DNA of 63,890 bases, filler included, from Dugesia japonica (taxonomy: Eukaryota), in NCBI GenBank assembly GCA_001938525.1. It is 6 parts of 6 records of this genome, joined end to end, with 100 filler letters (N's around TTAATTAATTAA, not from the genome) between each part and the next. Parts side by side here need not be neighbours in the genome. Positions count along the whole stretch, not along the records: positions 11,188 to 21,648 come from MQRL01608392.1; positions 21,749 to 30,487 come from MQRL01581605.1; 4 more parts are not named here. One strand, given 5' to 3'. The stretch's first letter is position 1; each line of letters begins with the position of its first letter. Made by a program: the position numbers and the translations under genes. Below, piece after piece: positions 11,190-25,500 of the stretch. Under the pieces are notes generated by a model. It did no database searches. It was not told the origin of the DNA and saw nothing but the letters and a program-made list of their open reading frames with translations.

Positions 11190-13050
11190 TTACTAATTTT
11201 GATGATGTTAGGATTAATAAAACAAACTGGTAGCTTAATAGCATACGATTGTAATAATCCTATCCGATCAAGTATATACTCACTTGTTGATGCGGTAGAA
11301 TGCAATTAGGCCTACCCAGATAAAATAGACGTAATTAAGTCATTTGTGTATAATTATATCTTATTATATCTTATAGAACAAAGGTGAGGGAGTGCTGAGT
11401 TCAAAAAGCGGTGTTTGGATATTATTGTGGAACGCATAGTTATGCCGCTATATTATCACCTAGGCTCATACCACGACCAGTAAGCGTGTTACCAGAGGAC
11501 TGCTTAGATGCTTTTCGAACAGGAAAACTAAAAATTGATAGTAAAGTGACGTTAACAGCAGAAGTCGGAAAGATACTGGCAGAAGCAGTTATTAGAGGTG
11601 AAACAATCAATGAAAACGGTGATTGTACCGGTCCATCAAAAACAAGGCAGAATAATTTGGTAAATCGAGTATTTAATTTAGAAGACTATTCAGTTGAAAT
11701 GAGAGAATATGGAGGAATATTTGATGTGGAGACAGGAAATCTGGTGGGAAATCCACACTGCAATTCAAAGTTTTCTACCTGTCAAACGGGGTTTGCTATA
11801 CTTTTATATGATGAAAGACGTGATTTTTGTGAATTAAAATTATTTAAAAAGCTATGTTTTACTCAAATAAATGGAACTCGAAATAACGTGGAAGAAAAAG
11901 GATCCAGATTGATGGATAATCAAAAGGTTAAAAGGTTAAATAAAAAGCAAGTAGGAAACATGGTTAACAATTTACAAAGAGATGGAATTGAGGAGGAAAG
12001 TACTCCAGTTGTATTAGAATCAACTGATCCCAAGGGTGCAATACGATTTTTTAAGAAAGCTTCCACAACGAAATGCACTCATCTTGTCTACGAAACAAAT
12101 TATAAAGGTCTATATTTGGGGAAAACGAATATTCCTAAATCAACACAATTAAACGCTAAAGATATAAAAATGACAAATTATGTAAACAGCAATATTGATT
12201 ACGCCTATAATAGTTTGTTGTTTCAAATGAACGAAAAGTATCAAGAGATAACCTTGAACGACTGCAAATTGAGTGAAGAAATAATTAAAAATCGATTAGC
12301 AATATCGATAGTGAATCCTGATCTTGTTACTCCAATGTTGTCAGAAAAAGGAGTATTTGGAAAGATTATGGGAGAGGTAATATACAGCTATAATTGCGCA
12401 CCAGTAGATGTGTCGTTAGCTAACTTTAACTAATGTACAATAGATTTGCCAGTTGTTTGTGAAAATAAATTGAGATTCATGAGTCCAGTAACTCATATGT
12501 TATTAAATGAAAATGTGAAGCCACCGGAATCAGTATGTAATCCTGCAATGTCACCACTATACAAGACTTATGATCATTGGATTTCCTTGCCTGACAGGAA
12601 ACCGGCATCAAAACAAGTACAAACTTTAGATATATCATCTCTGTCCAAAAAAATAAAATTTAAAACAATGGATGAATTAGCTAAATAAGGAATATATACA
12701 GCTGAAGATAACGAGCAAGCCAGAAAAATGATGTAGTTCCTACATACGAGAAAAAGGGTATATCAGAGATAATCAGAACAGTTTATCAACAAAATGAGAT
12801 TCATCCTAACTATAAGTTATTGTTCGGGCCAGAGCACTATAAAGAAGCTGCCAGGAATGTGGCAAAGAGAATTTGGGGAAAATTTAGTGCATTTGGAGTA
12901 TTTATATCAAGTCTAGCTGGTATTTATGTTATTTGTGGGTTGGCAAAATTGGTATTTACACAAGTATTGTCGACCTATAGTATATTCAAAGTGGATGCAC
13001 ATGGGATTTGATGGTTGATTTCTTCCCGTTTTGTGCTAAATTTCTATTAT
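11190..13050 (+). pseudogene. Chuvirus-like (class III fusion) glycoprotein/env, with stops and frameshifts
   Basis: Hydrophobic leader then LIAYDC; YCGTHSY; DCLDAFRTG; GDCTG; GEVIYSYNCAPVDV; CTIDLPVVCENKLRFMSPVTHML; CNPAMSPLYK..HW; GIYT; TM segment WGKFSAFGVFISSLAGIYVI. Motif order is typical of chuviral G. Confidence 0.75.
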
Positions 13051-13065
13051 TTAAGCATCATCATT

Positions 13066-13560
13066 ATGAGATATTATCGCAAATTCATTCGAAACTTCTC
13101 AACATTAGCTTTTCCATTAACTCAATTAGAAAAGCTAGGAGTAAAATTCATTTGGGAGCTAGAGCAACAGAAAGCTTTTGAGGAGCTTAAGAAGCTGTTG
13201 ACATCTGCACCAATTTTGAGATACCCAGATTTCGAAAACCAATTTATAATAATGAGTGATGCTCGCAATAGAGGTATTGTTGCTGTGCTAGGTCAATTAG
13301 ACGATAATAAAAACGAATATGCAATAGCATATGCGAGCAGAGGATTGAAACCTCACGATAAAAACTACGCGGTTGTTGAATTGGAAACATTAGTAATATT
13401 TGCTATTGATATGTTTTGACATTATCTGTGGGGTAGAAAAATCGTTATACTTACTGATCACAAACCATTACAATGGTTAATGAAGCACAAAAACGACTTT
13501 TTAAGATTGATTAGATGGGCACTTAAATTACAACCAAACGATATTGAGATAACTTACCGG
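13066..13560 (+). pseudogene. Ty3/Gypsy RT thumb/connection and RNase H fragment
   Basis: YYRKFIRNFSTLAFPLTQL, FIWELEQQKAFEELKKLLTSAPILRYPDF, IAYASRGL, YLWGRKIVILTDHKPLQWL, RLIRWALKLQ. Confidence 0.9.
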
Positions 13561-14699
13561 ACCATGTACATATCAATCATGTCTGCTAGGAAAATGGCCA
13601 ATTTATTCGACATGTTTCCAGAAATAAAACATGAAAATAAAACATCCGAAATGTGGATTCACTGCATAAATAAGCCTTATGTGGTTTTAATTGCAGGCAC
13701 CAAAGGTCCTATATATTTGGACAAATGCACCACCTTAGAAATTAGTCATGGTGATGGAAGAGAGAAACGTCTATCAAATCAAAGCGAAAAAGATGGCACT
13801 ATGATAGTAGTAGAAATACTAAGCATAGTCAAGCTACGAGTAACCTTTTCGGTTAACTAGCCGTTATGGACTTATAACGTTAACATGAATGACATGAAAA
13901 CTTTAACGCCGTTTGTTCGTTTATCATTGACGCAGCTCCAAGAAGACAAGCTAACTTGCTTTGTTGCTGCACATTATTGTACAACAAGAGAAAATTTTAC
14001 TCCCGCTTTGGTAGCTGTTAGTTAACATTATAATCACCTCCAGACAACCTGTTAAGCATTATCAATCACACACATGGCTTACAAGAAGAGCAAATTCGTG
14101 GAAATTGAGACGAAGAAGACGCAAAGGTGGAAATCAAAAAATTTCTGGATGGGCGAATTCTAGTAGGAATTGTAGAGATATACAACGGAAAAAAGTTAAT
14201 CAAACCGCAATAATTGACGGCAGCCGTTCTAAGAGAACTATTCAACTTAAAGGATGAGAATATATAAAGTCCTCCATAGTTTATGTGGATAAAGAGACTA
14301 GAAATCTTTTAGTTTTTTCCTACAACTTCGCAACCAGATCAAGCAAACTACCATGAGTCATACCGAATCCTAAAACACTATCCAAGCTCCTCCAAGCAAA
14401 TTTAAAAAGAAGAAACATTCTCAATCTGGTCCTAGAATCAGTAAGTAGTAAAAGTTCTGATAGTGAGAGCCATAGCGTTTCTAGCTCCTTGCGTTCTTCA
14501 TTGAAGCCAATTCAACCCAACAATTATACCAATCCAAAATGGGAACCATAGCTGTAATCAGCTACTACCGTTTGCCATTATCCTTATTTACAGACATTTA
14601 TTTTTAATGAAATTAAAGTGTATTTATTATTCAAGCGGTGTAATCTCTGACTTTATTATTATGTGTTTATCATTAAAATTACTTGAATGTAGATATTTT

Positions 14700-14765
14700 A
14701 GTTTTTGGGACAAAAATATTTTTTTGGAGATAATATGTTAGGGTTGTAAGCTAGGCTTACAAATT
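14700..14765 (+). mobile_element. Possible PPT / 3' LTR start of the env-bearing Gypsy element
   Basis: GGGACAAAAATATTTTTTTGGAGATAATA followed by TGTTAGGG at 14736. No second LTR is visible. Confidence 0.3.
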
Positions 14766-17429
14766 ATTAAGTTTAATTTAACTTTATTTATAAATTTTAA
14801 TAATTGATTTGTTCAAAGGTTATATATATATATTAAATTAGAATTTATTTATAATTACAAAACAAAATAGTAAATATTATTTTAATTAAATAAAAATAAA
14901 AATAAATCTTTTATAAAAATTACTTATTTTAGATATTGGGATTTTAAATATTAATGTAAATAGAAATTACCATTTTTGGTAAATAACAATACACAAAATC
15001 TACGCATAATTTTTATGTAAATTTTTTGTCAACAAAAGAATAAATGCATAATTTTATGCAAATTTACCATTTTCGAAAATGTTATAAATACTGATTTTCA
15101 AATTAGTGTAACAACACAAAAAAATTAGAAAAATTTTTAAAGCTAAATAGCAGTTTGGATTTCTTAACAATAAGTTTCATGCTAAAAATTATTAGCAGTT
15201 TTAGGTAAAGTTTGTCTTGAATTCATTTAATTTATTGAACAAATATAAATCTGTTAAGGATTATTATTTGTCTCACTTTTAATAGTTATTTTGAGGTAAT
15301 ATTATAGTGATATATTATCTGTTGATTTTTTAAAATTTTTGCTCTAAATTACTCTTAAATCTATTACGTGTGATGAGGAAACTTAGGCCCACCATTCATT
15401 ACTTAACAGAACGGTATTGTAATACCTGTATTTATCATTCTATTAAAGTCACTATAGAGCGGTTTTCGCAATTCTTAAAATTAATCAACTCTTGTGCAAA
15501 TTGTAATTTTTATTTGTAAATTATATTTGATTTATTTTAATAAAGTTATAAAATAAAATCGTGTTCTTTTAGTTTTTTACTATTATTATATTATTATTTA
15601 TCTATAATAAAATCACCTGCATGCATATTTTTAAAGTAAAATTTGGAGTCAGTAAATAAATTGTTATTTCTTACCCACAAGATCTAACAGTAGCAATAAA
15701 ACTAATGACCGTGACTCTAGCATTGACCAGAAAATTTCAACCAGAATTCTAACGATGATAATACGGACGGAAGCTGTACTAGCGCATAAAAGTAATACTA
15801 ATCCCATCAGTAATAATAATAACTATAGTACTATAATTATAACAAAGTTTGAAAGTAATCAGGATTATAATAATGTTATCGTATTGATATTTAGTAATAC
15901 TGATAGAAATTTAGTCAAAAATTATGATTTTAATAATGGTATCAGTTGTAAAATAGAAAAACGCAAAAATAACAATTTATAACTAAACAATGACGTTAAA
16001 GATTTGGATAGTAATAACAATAATATTAATAATAATATTCACTATAAGGATAATTGTATTAATAGGCGTCTCGCGCGACACACAACAATGCAAAATATCA
16101 CATATCTCAACTTGGCTACCTCATCCAATTGCATATCATTGCATGCATTTCGTATTCCATTATAAAAACAGTTATCTTATTTAGACTGCTGTCTAAAATT
16201 ATTCCCTGAAACTTCACTTCTCCCTGTATGATTGCTGATCTGGTAGTCATCCTTTACAATCCGAATCTTTACCTGAACGAAATATCTCGATAACATTTAC
16301 TTAAACGAATTCAATTTTAAGAAATTAATTATTATCCTTAACAATTTCTGTAGTTGCATAATCTTAGTATGCTTGCAAATTAATTTCTATATCTTTAAAA
16401 CAAGTTTTTCTTTTATCGTTATCTCACGGATTCATTTTTCATTATTTTATTTTTCATCGTTTCTGAAAAACGTTTTTACTATATCATCTACTCACACAAA
16501 TTCTCTTACATTACGTTCAAGTATATTAATTAGATTTATTTCTTTCAGACTTTTTTTCTATCATTTTCTTAAAAAATTCTCGTTTTCATTATTTACTTAA
16601 ACACACTTTTTTCTTATTACTTTATTAAACAACTAGAATGTGCGTAGGAAAAAAACATTTACAGAAATTTGTTTGAATTAAATTTTATTAATGCACCTCA
16701 TTTTTGTCTTTTCGTGTTTTTCCTTAGAACTTTCTCAAAAGATCTTATTTCCATGGTATTAATGCCTTCCATTTGCTCTCTTTCTTTCTATTATCCAAAG
16801 AAACCTCGTGACCCTTTTGATTTCCCCACAAATCAACCGCCTTATTTGGCACATCAATTTCTTCAGGAAGTTGCTTGATTATATTCACCATCATTTATTG
16901 ATATTCTTCGACATCAGCTGCATTCCATCTGCTCTCGTTTTAATCATTTTATTAAAGTCGTATCTTTGAGGTTACACGCGGAAAACTTCATTTTAGACTA
17001 CGTTGTTAGTGAATTCTATGTCGTATTTCAGCAACTAGTCCTGCTCGTGTGAATGTGAAAATTTCCCTTTAATATTATCGCCGTTGCAAGCACGTATGAC
17101 AGCGACAAATAGTTAACCGTGGTTGAATACTGGAACCTGTAGGTTAATTCCCACCATTCCATATCTTCTGTATTATCTCGCAAACCAAGAGATCGATGCC
17201 TTTAAGACCTTCCTTAGGCAACATCGTGACTTCATCGATAATGATAAGCGTTGCATCACACAAAATTGAAGCATCGTTTGATACCAAACGCATCGACGAA
17301 ATGTAATGTCCAGAAGAGAAACGGGGAGTTTGAAACTACTATGAACTGTTCTGCTTCCTTTCAAAAGTATCGCTACAATTCCGATTGTTGCAAATGGAAG
17401 GGAAATTTGATAAGAACCTCGCACGAATG

Positions 17430-17603
17430 GCAAAGACGTCATATATAGGAAAGTATTCCCGCCATCTGTGTAAAATAATTCAGGAACATAATCAGTTAGG
17501 TAGTTGCAGTAATATTGCAGAACATAATATTCAGTGTAAATCAGTGATAAATAATAAGAATTTGAAAATTTTTTCTAGAAATTTCAAAGATTATTTGGAG
17601 AGA
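17430..17603 (+). pseudogene. GIY-YIG endonuclease fragment (Penelope-like element)
   Basis: SYIGKYSRHLCKIIQEH...SNIAEHNIQC matches YIGxTxRxLxxRxxEH...SxIAEH. Confidence 0.7.
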
Positions 17604-19385
17604 ANNNNNNNNNNNNNNNNNNNNNNNNNNNNNNNNNNNNNNNNNNNNNNNNNNNNNNNNNNNNNNNNNNNNNNNNNNNNNNNNNNNNNNNNNNNNNNNN
17701 NNNNNNNNNNAAACTGTTACATAAGCTATTGCATAATTCGGAATTTTAATTTATATGTTTTCTTGTTGTTCTATTTATCATTACATTGATTACTGTGTTG
17801 TCAACTTCCTCGTTGCACTGCTTTCATTGACATCAGCTTAACATCAAATTTGTTTCGTTATTAAAAATTCAAAAGTTTCGCAAGAGATCACCAAATGTTG
17901 CAGTTAATATAATAGAATTAAAAATACAATCAAATGTAATTTTACTTTCTCTAAATTTTTGAGCAGAGTTTTTTTAAAAATTTGATAAAGCAAATCAATA
18001 AATTTGTAAATGATTCTGTCATACAAAATATATCGTCGATTTCAATCATATTCAATGAGTTTTAATAGACTTCAAGAGAAGTATTTTCACCTTGATATTA
18101 AAATGTTAATTTTTAAAATTTATTTTAACTCNNNNNNNNNNNNNNNNNNNNATAGAAATAGATTTTAATTATTGAGGTCAATTTTGAATAGCAATTTACT
18201 GTAGTTATCATTTTGGTTGCTAAAATCACATTTATATTGAAATATTTTTTAACTTTATCAGCTAAATCAATTAGATATTTAGCATCCCGAAAATGTAAAA
18301 ATTTTAAGGAAATTTTTTTATTGTACAAGAAATTAAATAAAAATATTTTGAAAGAAATATTAGTGATTTTGATGCGATTGAAATTACTGAAATCATAAAA
18401 TAGACCAAAACAATAGAGCAATCAAAATATGCAATAAACTGAAAACCAATCAACTGTAAATAACATCATAATTATTTAATCAATTAACTGGATTTAACGT
18501 GTAGAAACAAGTCGTTTGAAATTAAAAAAAATTACTATTTGATATAAAAAAATTAATTTCAGTAATTTTTTTNNNNNNNNNNNNNNNNNNTTTTACTCGT
18601 ATTTTGGGATTTCCCTAAACTTTATTGGACAATTTCAATAAATTAAATTTTCATAAAAATGCTGTTTTAGTATTTCAAATTTTGACAATTGACTTCAGGA
18701 ATTAACTTTTTTATTCAAGATTCTTCCTGTGAATGGTAGAAATGTACCCTAGTCCTAGAGTTCTCAATATTATAGTGAAATTTTAATTTTGCGTTTGAAG
18801 AGATATTCCCTAATTCATGTTCTACATGTTTAACCAATCAAATAGTCCGGAAAAAAATTTCGCTGAAATTTAATAAATCGATGTAATAAATTTTATTTTT
18901 TAAAAAAAATTATCGGTAAGACATAAATATGCTTATTCTGTTGTTAAAAAAATAGCTCGACAATGAATTAAGCCAATTTTTAAAAAAAATCAAAAGATAA
19001 CTAATTCTATAATTCGGAAAACTAGAATTGTTTTTTGAAAAATTCAATCCGTCTACTGCATGGTATTTAATACGTGACATATTTCTTATTGTATTTCTAC
19101 CATAACAATTGCATTTGGAACCACACAAGTTTAATTGTTAATATCGTTTAACTGTTAATATCAATAAATACACGCTAAATCATTGAAAAAATAAAATCAA
19201 AAAAAGCGAAAATCCAAATCTACTACAATTAACAAAAAAACCATCAATAGAGCAAGCACCAAATTTCAATATCGATTAACACGCTGAAATATTTGCAAAG
19301 TTTTGTAAAAATAAATTTATTAACTAAAAAACAAATTTATGAAAAATATATTCCACACTTTCTATATATGTATAAAGAAACACTT

Positions 19386-21181
19386 CTATTCGGCAACATC
19401 TCCTCCTCCAATCTTCTGTTTCTTGGTTCCAGACAAAATATCATCGATTCGTAAAATCAGAATTGAGGTTTCGATAGCTGTTTTCAGAACCTGCGCTCGA
19501 ACCGGCAGAGGATCCCACACGCCCAACTTCTTCATGTCAACAATGGCGCCCTCCTCTCCATCAACACCGATACTCCAATTGTTTGCCGGATCAACAGCGT
19601 GTTTCGCTCGCAACTCGGTGATCAATCTCAGCACTTTAGCACCACAATTTTGGGCCAAAGTTCTTGGAATAACTTCCAGAGCGTTAGCAACACTCAAATA
19701 AGCATTCTGTCTTACTCCGACGATATTCTGGGCTTTCTGTGTCAAATGAGCTGAGATCGCCATTTCCAGAGCTCCTCCGCCGGGAACAAGAGTATTTTCC
19801 ACCATCACATTTCTCGCAACCGACATCGCATCTCCAAGATTTCTCTCGATCTCGTTCAACACATCTTTACTGCTACCTCTCAAAAGAATCGAGCAAGCTT
19901 TCGGATCTTTACATTCAGTGATAAATGTGAAATATTCATCACCGATCAATTTGATTTCGAACAATCCCGCTCCGGTTCCGATATCTTCTTCTTTCAATTC
20001 GTCGATATTACTTACAATGCTTGCACCGCAACAACGAGCTACTCTCACGTTATCGGTTTTTCTCAATCTTCGAAGAACAGTAATATCGGCCTTCACGAAA
20101 TAATGTTGAGCTAAATCGGAAACACCTTTTTCTGTGATAACGAGATCTGGTTTCATTCTGATAATATCTGCGCATAACTTCTCAACATATTCCTCTTCCA
20201 ATTGTAGCGCTCTCAACATATCGGATTCTTTGGTGATTTCAATCGATGTCTGAGATTCTCCTTTTTTGTATTCGATACTCAAATCCAATAAAAGTATTCT
20301 CGGATTTTCAATACGGCGTCTCATTCGAGGATGAACAATATCTTTATTGAACATAACTCCACTCAAAACAACAGAATCTTCTATTGTACCACCGGGAATC
20401 TTTTCAATTTTCACATATCTTTTTATATCTATTTCTTTTTTACCGTTTTCTTCTGTTGCTACTTTTGTTACTGCGTCAATAGCGATTTTACAAGCGAGAT
20501 CTGACCATTTATTTATGAATTTAGTACCCAAACAACTCTTGATAACGTTTAACATTTCATCACGATTTTCTGAATTAATCTTAACACTAATAAATTTATA
20601 ACTTATAACTAATTAGTTTAAATAATACCTGCAATGTGATCGCATGTATTCTAAAGCATCATCGAGAGCTTCTCTGTAAGCACTAATAATTTTAGTTGGA
20701 TGAATTTTTTCTTGCAATAACCCAGTCGCTTGACTTAACAATTCTCCAGCTAAATATTTACTTAAATTTGAAAATAACTTTTAAGTTTTCACCAAGTATT
20801 ATAACAGATGTTGTACCATCTCCACATTCTTCATCTTGTGTTCTTGCAATTTCTATCATAGATTTCGCTGCTGGTTGTTCAACGGTTATCTAGTAAAATA
20901 GTTATATTGGTAAAATATTCAATTTAAAGTACTTCTCTCAATATGGCATTTCCATCATTAGTCATAACTATTCCACCAGTAGGACTCATGAGCATTTTCA
21001 ACATTGCTCTTGGGCCTAAGCATGTTCTAATAACGTCAGCTACATGTTTAGCAGCAGAAATATTTTGTTCCTGAACTTTTTTCCCTTGTAAACGCTTGGC
21101 GTTGGAGTCTTAAATAAACAATAAATATATTTGCTAAAAACAAAATTCCTTACTTAAAATCATAACAGGCATTGCACTCAT
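19386..21181 (-). CDS. CCT3: T-complex protein 1 subunit gamma (CCT3); exons 21181-21154, 21108-20933, 20889-20793, 20749-20629, 20586-19386; 540 aa
   Basis: Spliced [25 protein letters not shown]...[12 protein letters not shown]...[10 protein letters not shown]...GDGTTSV...EYKKGESQT...LRIDDI. Four GT-AG introns (45, 43, 43, 42 bp) join in frame to 1623 nt. Confidence 0.96.
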
Positions 21182-22566
21182 TTTCTACTTGCTAGGTTAA
21201 ATATTTTGAATTTGTGTTTATTAAAACAATTATGTTATTCTAGAAAAATCAGGATTAAGTTTGTATCAAAATAATAGATGCTTTTATATATTTTTAAAAT
21301 AGTAAAAGNNNNNNNNNNNNNNNNNNNNNNNNNNNNNNNNNNNNNNNNNNNNNNNNNNNNNNNNNNNNNNNNNNNNNNNNNNNNNNNNNNNNNNNNNNNG
21401 AAATTAACTGAAGAGTTTTTTCGAAAATTCTTTTATGAGTTTCATGATAATATTGAAGATTTTTAAAACATGTGCTTGATGTTCCAAAATTATTTGATTA
21501 GTAGTAACTTAAAAATTTTTAATTATTAATAATATCACTTTTTAAGTGATAAAATATTTAAAGGTACCTAATAACTCAAATTTATATTAATAATATTTTC
21601 ACATTTAACTTTAAAGAACACATAAATATTTTAATCATTATCAAAAGCNNNNNNNNNNNNNNNNNNNNNNNNNNNNNNNNNNNNNNNNNNNNTTAATTAA
21701 TTAANNNNNNNNNNNNNNNNNNNNNNNNNNNNNNNNNNNNNNNNNNNNGATTATGGATATTTTCATTTATCTGGAATTGTTTGTGGAAATTCGTATTTCC
21801 TTGAAGAAATTTGAGAAATTCTACCAAAACTGCTTTTGACGCCATGTTGTTTTGTAAATATTAGTTCGACTAAACAACATCTATTTCTACAATAATGTAA
21901 GAGCAATAATCAAATATTGATTTAAATACTTTTAAAATTAAAAGGAAAACAACAATAAAATAATAAAAAATAAATTAACGACGAAATAAAAATTATGACT
22001 AAATAAAATATAAATAACCAAGGAATAAATAACAATAAAGGAATAAATAAAAGAATATTAACTGAAAATGTGGAAAACTCTGAAAAAACAAGTATAATAG
22101 GATTACAAATGAGTAAAAACATTTAAATCAAATTATATATATATATTTTGATTCAACCATTTTGAATTAGTCACTATTATGAAAAAGTAGCTATTTTGAT
22201 GGTTGCCCTTTTGAAGTAGCCGATAATTTTCAGATCAGTATTTTTTGATCGTCATTTTTGCATGATTTAATACCATTTATAATTTGATTTATTTATAAAA
22301 TTATTCATTTCCATCCTGTGGTGTATTGAAGGGGGTCAGTTATTGATACTCAGGGCGCTTCAAAGTGATAAGTTTCGCAATGGTAAAATAATTTTATTTT
22401 ACCATAAAACATCAAAATGTTTTTTTCATAAAAATTTTCTTGAATTTTTATAAAAAAAATATTTATAGAAACATATTATATCAATACATGAATGTGAAAT
22501 AAGAACATTTTAAAAATACAATAATAATCTCAAATAATAATAAAAAAATAATTTTGTGGTAGATTA

Positions 22567-25500
22567 TGTCGCTAAGAAAACTCACTGGCGCTCAGCGTCG
22601 GACAAAAAGATTAAAAAGGGAAAAAGAACCCCTTTAATTTAGAAATGTAATGTATTTATTTATAAAATAAACCACGAAGTGAAACAAAAGCGGACATTAA
22701 TGCATAAAAGAAATTGGATAAATTTGGTGCTGCAAAAAATTAATATGAAAATTAAAACGCACATACGTCCGAAAATCTTAACAATAAAGATTACTAAAAT
22801 GAAGACTAAAATACGTCTGTAGAAATAAATAATATAAATGACGAAAATTTAAATATAATTCCAGAAGTTCTGAGGCTCAGAGATGTGGAGTATTTACAAT
22901 TTAACAGCACTACATAATTTCCTATAATATCAGATAATCTTCAACAGAAATGATCTGCATGGATCACATAAATCTCAAAATAAGCTATTTTAAATACTTT
23001 CGAATTCTATAAAATGCAGATGACTTACTGGTAAAGGAAGGAATTGAAATAAATCAATCTTGGATATTATACTCATCGTTGAAATATGTGAGTTACTGTG
23101 TTGGTTGTTTATTATTTTTTCATCAATTCCTTTGAACAATCATCTTTTTTTATGACTTCCAGATTCAATAACTGGAGAAAAAGAAAGGCTATTTGCTAAC
23201 AAAAAGAATCCTAATCATTGTACATCATTTACAACTTGGAAAAAAACTGAGAGAAGATTAATAAATAAAACAAGAATCGATGCTGTATTAGATGCAAATA
23301 TTCTGTCTGAAAAGGAACAATGACAATGAATACTTGCTTGTATAGAGTATCTGATTAGATAAAATCCACCTCTACGTGGATACGTATAAAAAATTGGTGC
23401 TTTATGATGGAAAAAATATTGGAAACTTATTATCTTTGCTCAAGCTGGTAGCTTTATACGACAGATTGCGAACAGATCATCTTAAACATGATATAAACAC
23501 AAAATCACAATACAATTCTCGGAGGCGTTTACAGATTTTCATATAAATGATTGAAACGAAAATTCATTTTATGCTATTTTATAAAAGATATCGCAGTACG
23601 CCTGCTAACACACTTTTTAATCGTATTACGTAAACATTTGTAAGTGCTTTATTTTTATTTCTTCGACTTTTCAGTTTATAATACCTATATATTCATTCAT
23701 TTTATCTTACAGATTTTCAATGTCTGAAAAAATATAAACAAAAACACTTCTGCACGTGCCACTTCCTTAAAACTCGTCACTACGTTAATAGATTCTTTTC
23801 TTTCTATTTTCTTTACGTAATATAGAGTTTCTTTTATATCTTCAACTTTTTCCAACTTCTGAATAATAATTTCTTTTGCTATCTGAGCATATTATTAGCA
23901 TCTTTTCGATATTTTTATCTTTTGTTACAAATCCATTTGATAGCCATTTTTTGACTAAATCTTCAACTCTTGTCAAGACGATGATTTAAAGAAATTAATA
24001 AAACAAGTTGAAGATATTAAAAAGCAAGAAGTATCGTTATCAAGAAATATCAAGAACATTTGACAACATTATAGCATTATACATATCCATTCATTCATTA
24101 CCAATAATTGGTGGAATTAAAAATACGCATGAAAACAGGTAGAAAAATAGATAGGGAGGAACTGACTTAACAAAAAAAGTGTTTTCAATGGCAAAACGTT
24201 CTTGATTAATGAATAAGTTTATATTTAGCAGGGAGAAAATGGCGTTTAGTGAAAATTTGGACAAGTTATAATCACTTGACTGTCGGAAATTCTTAAGTCT
24301 AGTACAAATTCTTGAAAATATGGTCCTATAGTGAAGAATCATTGTTTATCTGACCATTATTGTTCGGAAATGATTCAAAATAAGTTAATTGGTTTAATGG
24401 TAAAAAAACGTGATTGAATCGACCGTATCTAGGACTAAAAAGTCTATATATTACGCAATTATTGCCAATTGCAGCCTTGAAATGTTTCGAAATGAACAAT
24501 TATCTTTAACATTTCGATTTGTTGACATACCAAGCAATTTAGTGGAAACTATAAAACATTTCTTTGGATTCCGAGCCATCAGCAATACAACTGGTTCAGA
24601 TTTTAGTAACATAATTATTAAAATGTTAACTAAGCAGGAGCTTCGCCTTGTAAATTGCAAAGGTAAAGGGTATGGTAATCGGTCTAATATGAAAAGTAAA
24701 AATAGTGAAGTACAAAAAAAACAGCTTTACGTATAAACCATTTTGGCTTTGTTTGTTCCTTATGGGACCGCACTTTAAATCTGTTTTTATGAAATTCAAC
24801 GCAGTCATTTGTGAAGTCTGTAGCTTTATCTAGTATTCTTAGAAAATCCTTTGGAGATTTTTCTGTTTTTACAAAATTCATGTAACAATTTACTCTTTTA
24901 CACACAAAACAGCACACGTTAGTAAGCCAAAATAACTTGGACAAAATCAGTGAGATATGAAGTTCATAAAATTCATGACTCGATAATTGCATTTTCTGAA
25001 ACTGAAGGATCTGACTAAGACATAGTACACTAGGCAATAGCATTAGCAGAACATCATAAAGATTTTAAATGACCTCGCTTAGCTGTTTGTTACAATATTC
25101 TTTTTCAAATAAATTTTGATCTAACATATGTGCAGAATTGCTGAAGCAATGGTGTTTATTTTCAGCCGATTGTAAAAAGAACAGCTTTAAAAAAGTCATG
25201 TTTTCAGTCAATGATCTAGGAATCTTATTCCACATTGAGAATATGTTCAAAACAGCAAGAAGAATAAGACGCGTGAAAAGTCAATACAAAGAAAATGCTG
25301 TATATAAGTCAGTCGTTTGTCCAGGGAAAGATTTTGAGGTCGAATTTTTAAATCCGCTATTAGATACCGTTTTAAACTCAAGGGAAGAGAAATGTCACCA
25401 GGTAGACGAATATTCAGAGATTTGGGTTTTTACAGTCTCTTTTTTATCTCTAAACTGCCGGATAGAGATAAACTTTTAAAAGTATGTATTAATCTCCAAG

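Noticed and set aside
19339-20893. Plus-strand ORFs over CCT3
   Set aside because: Antisense shadows of the real gene.
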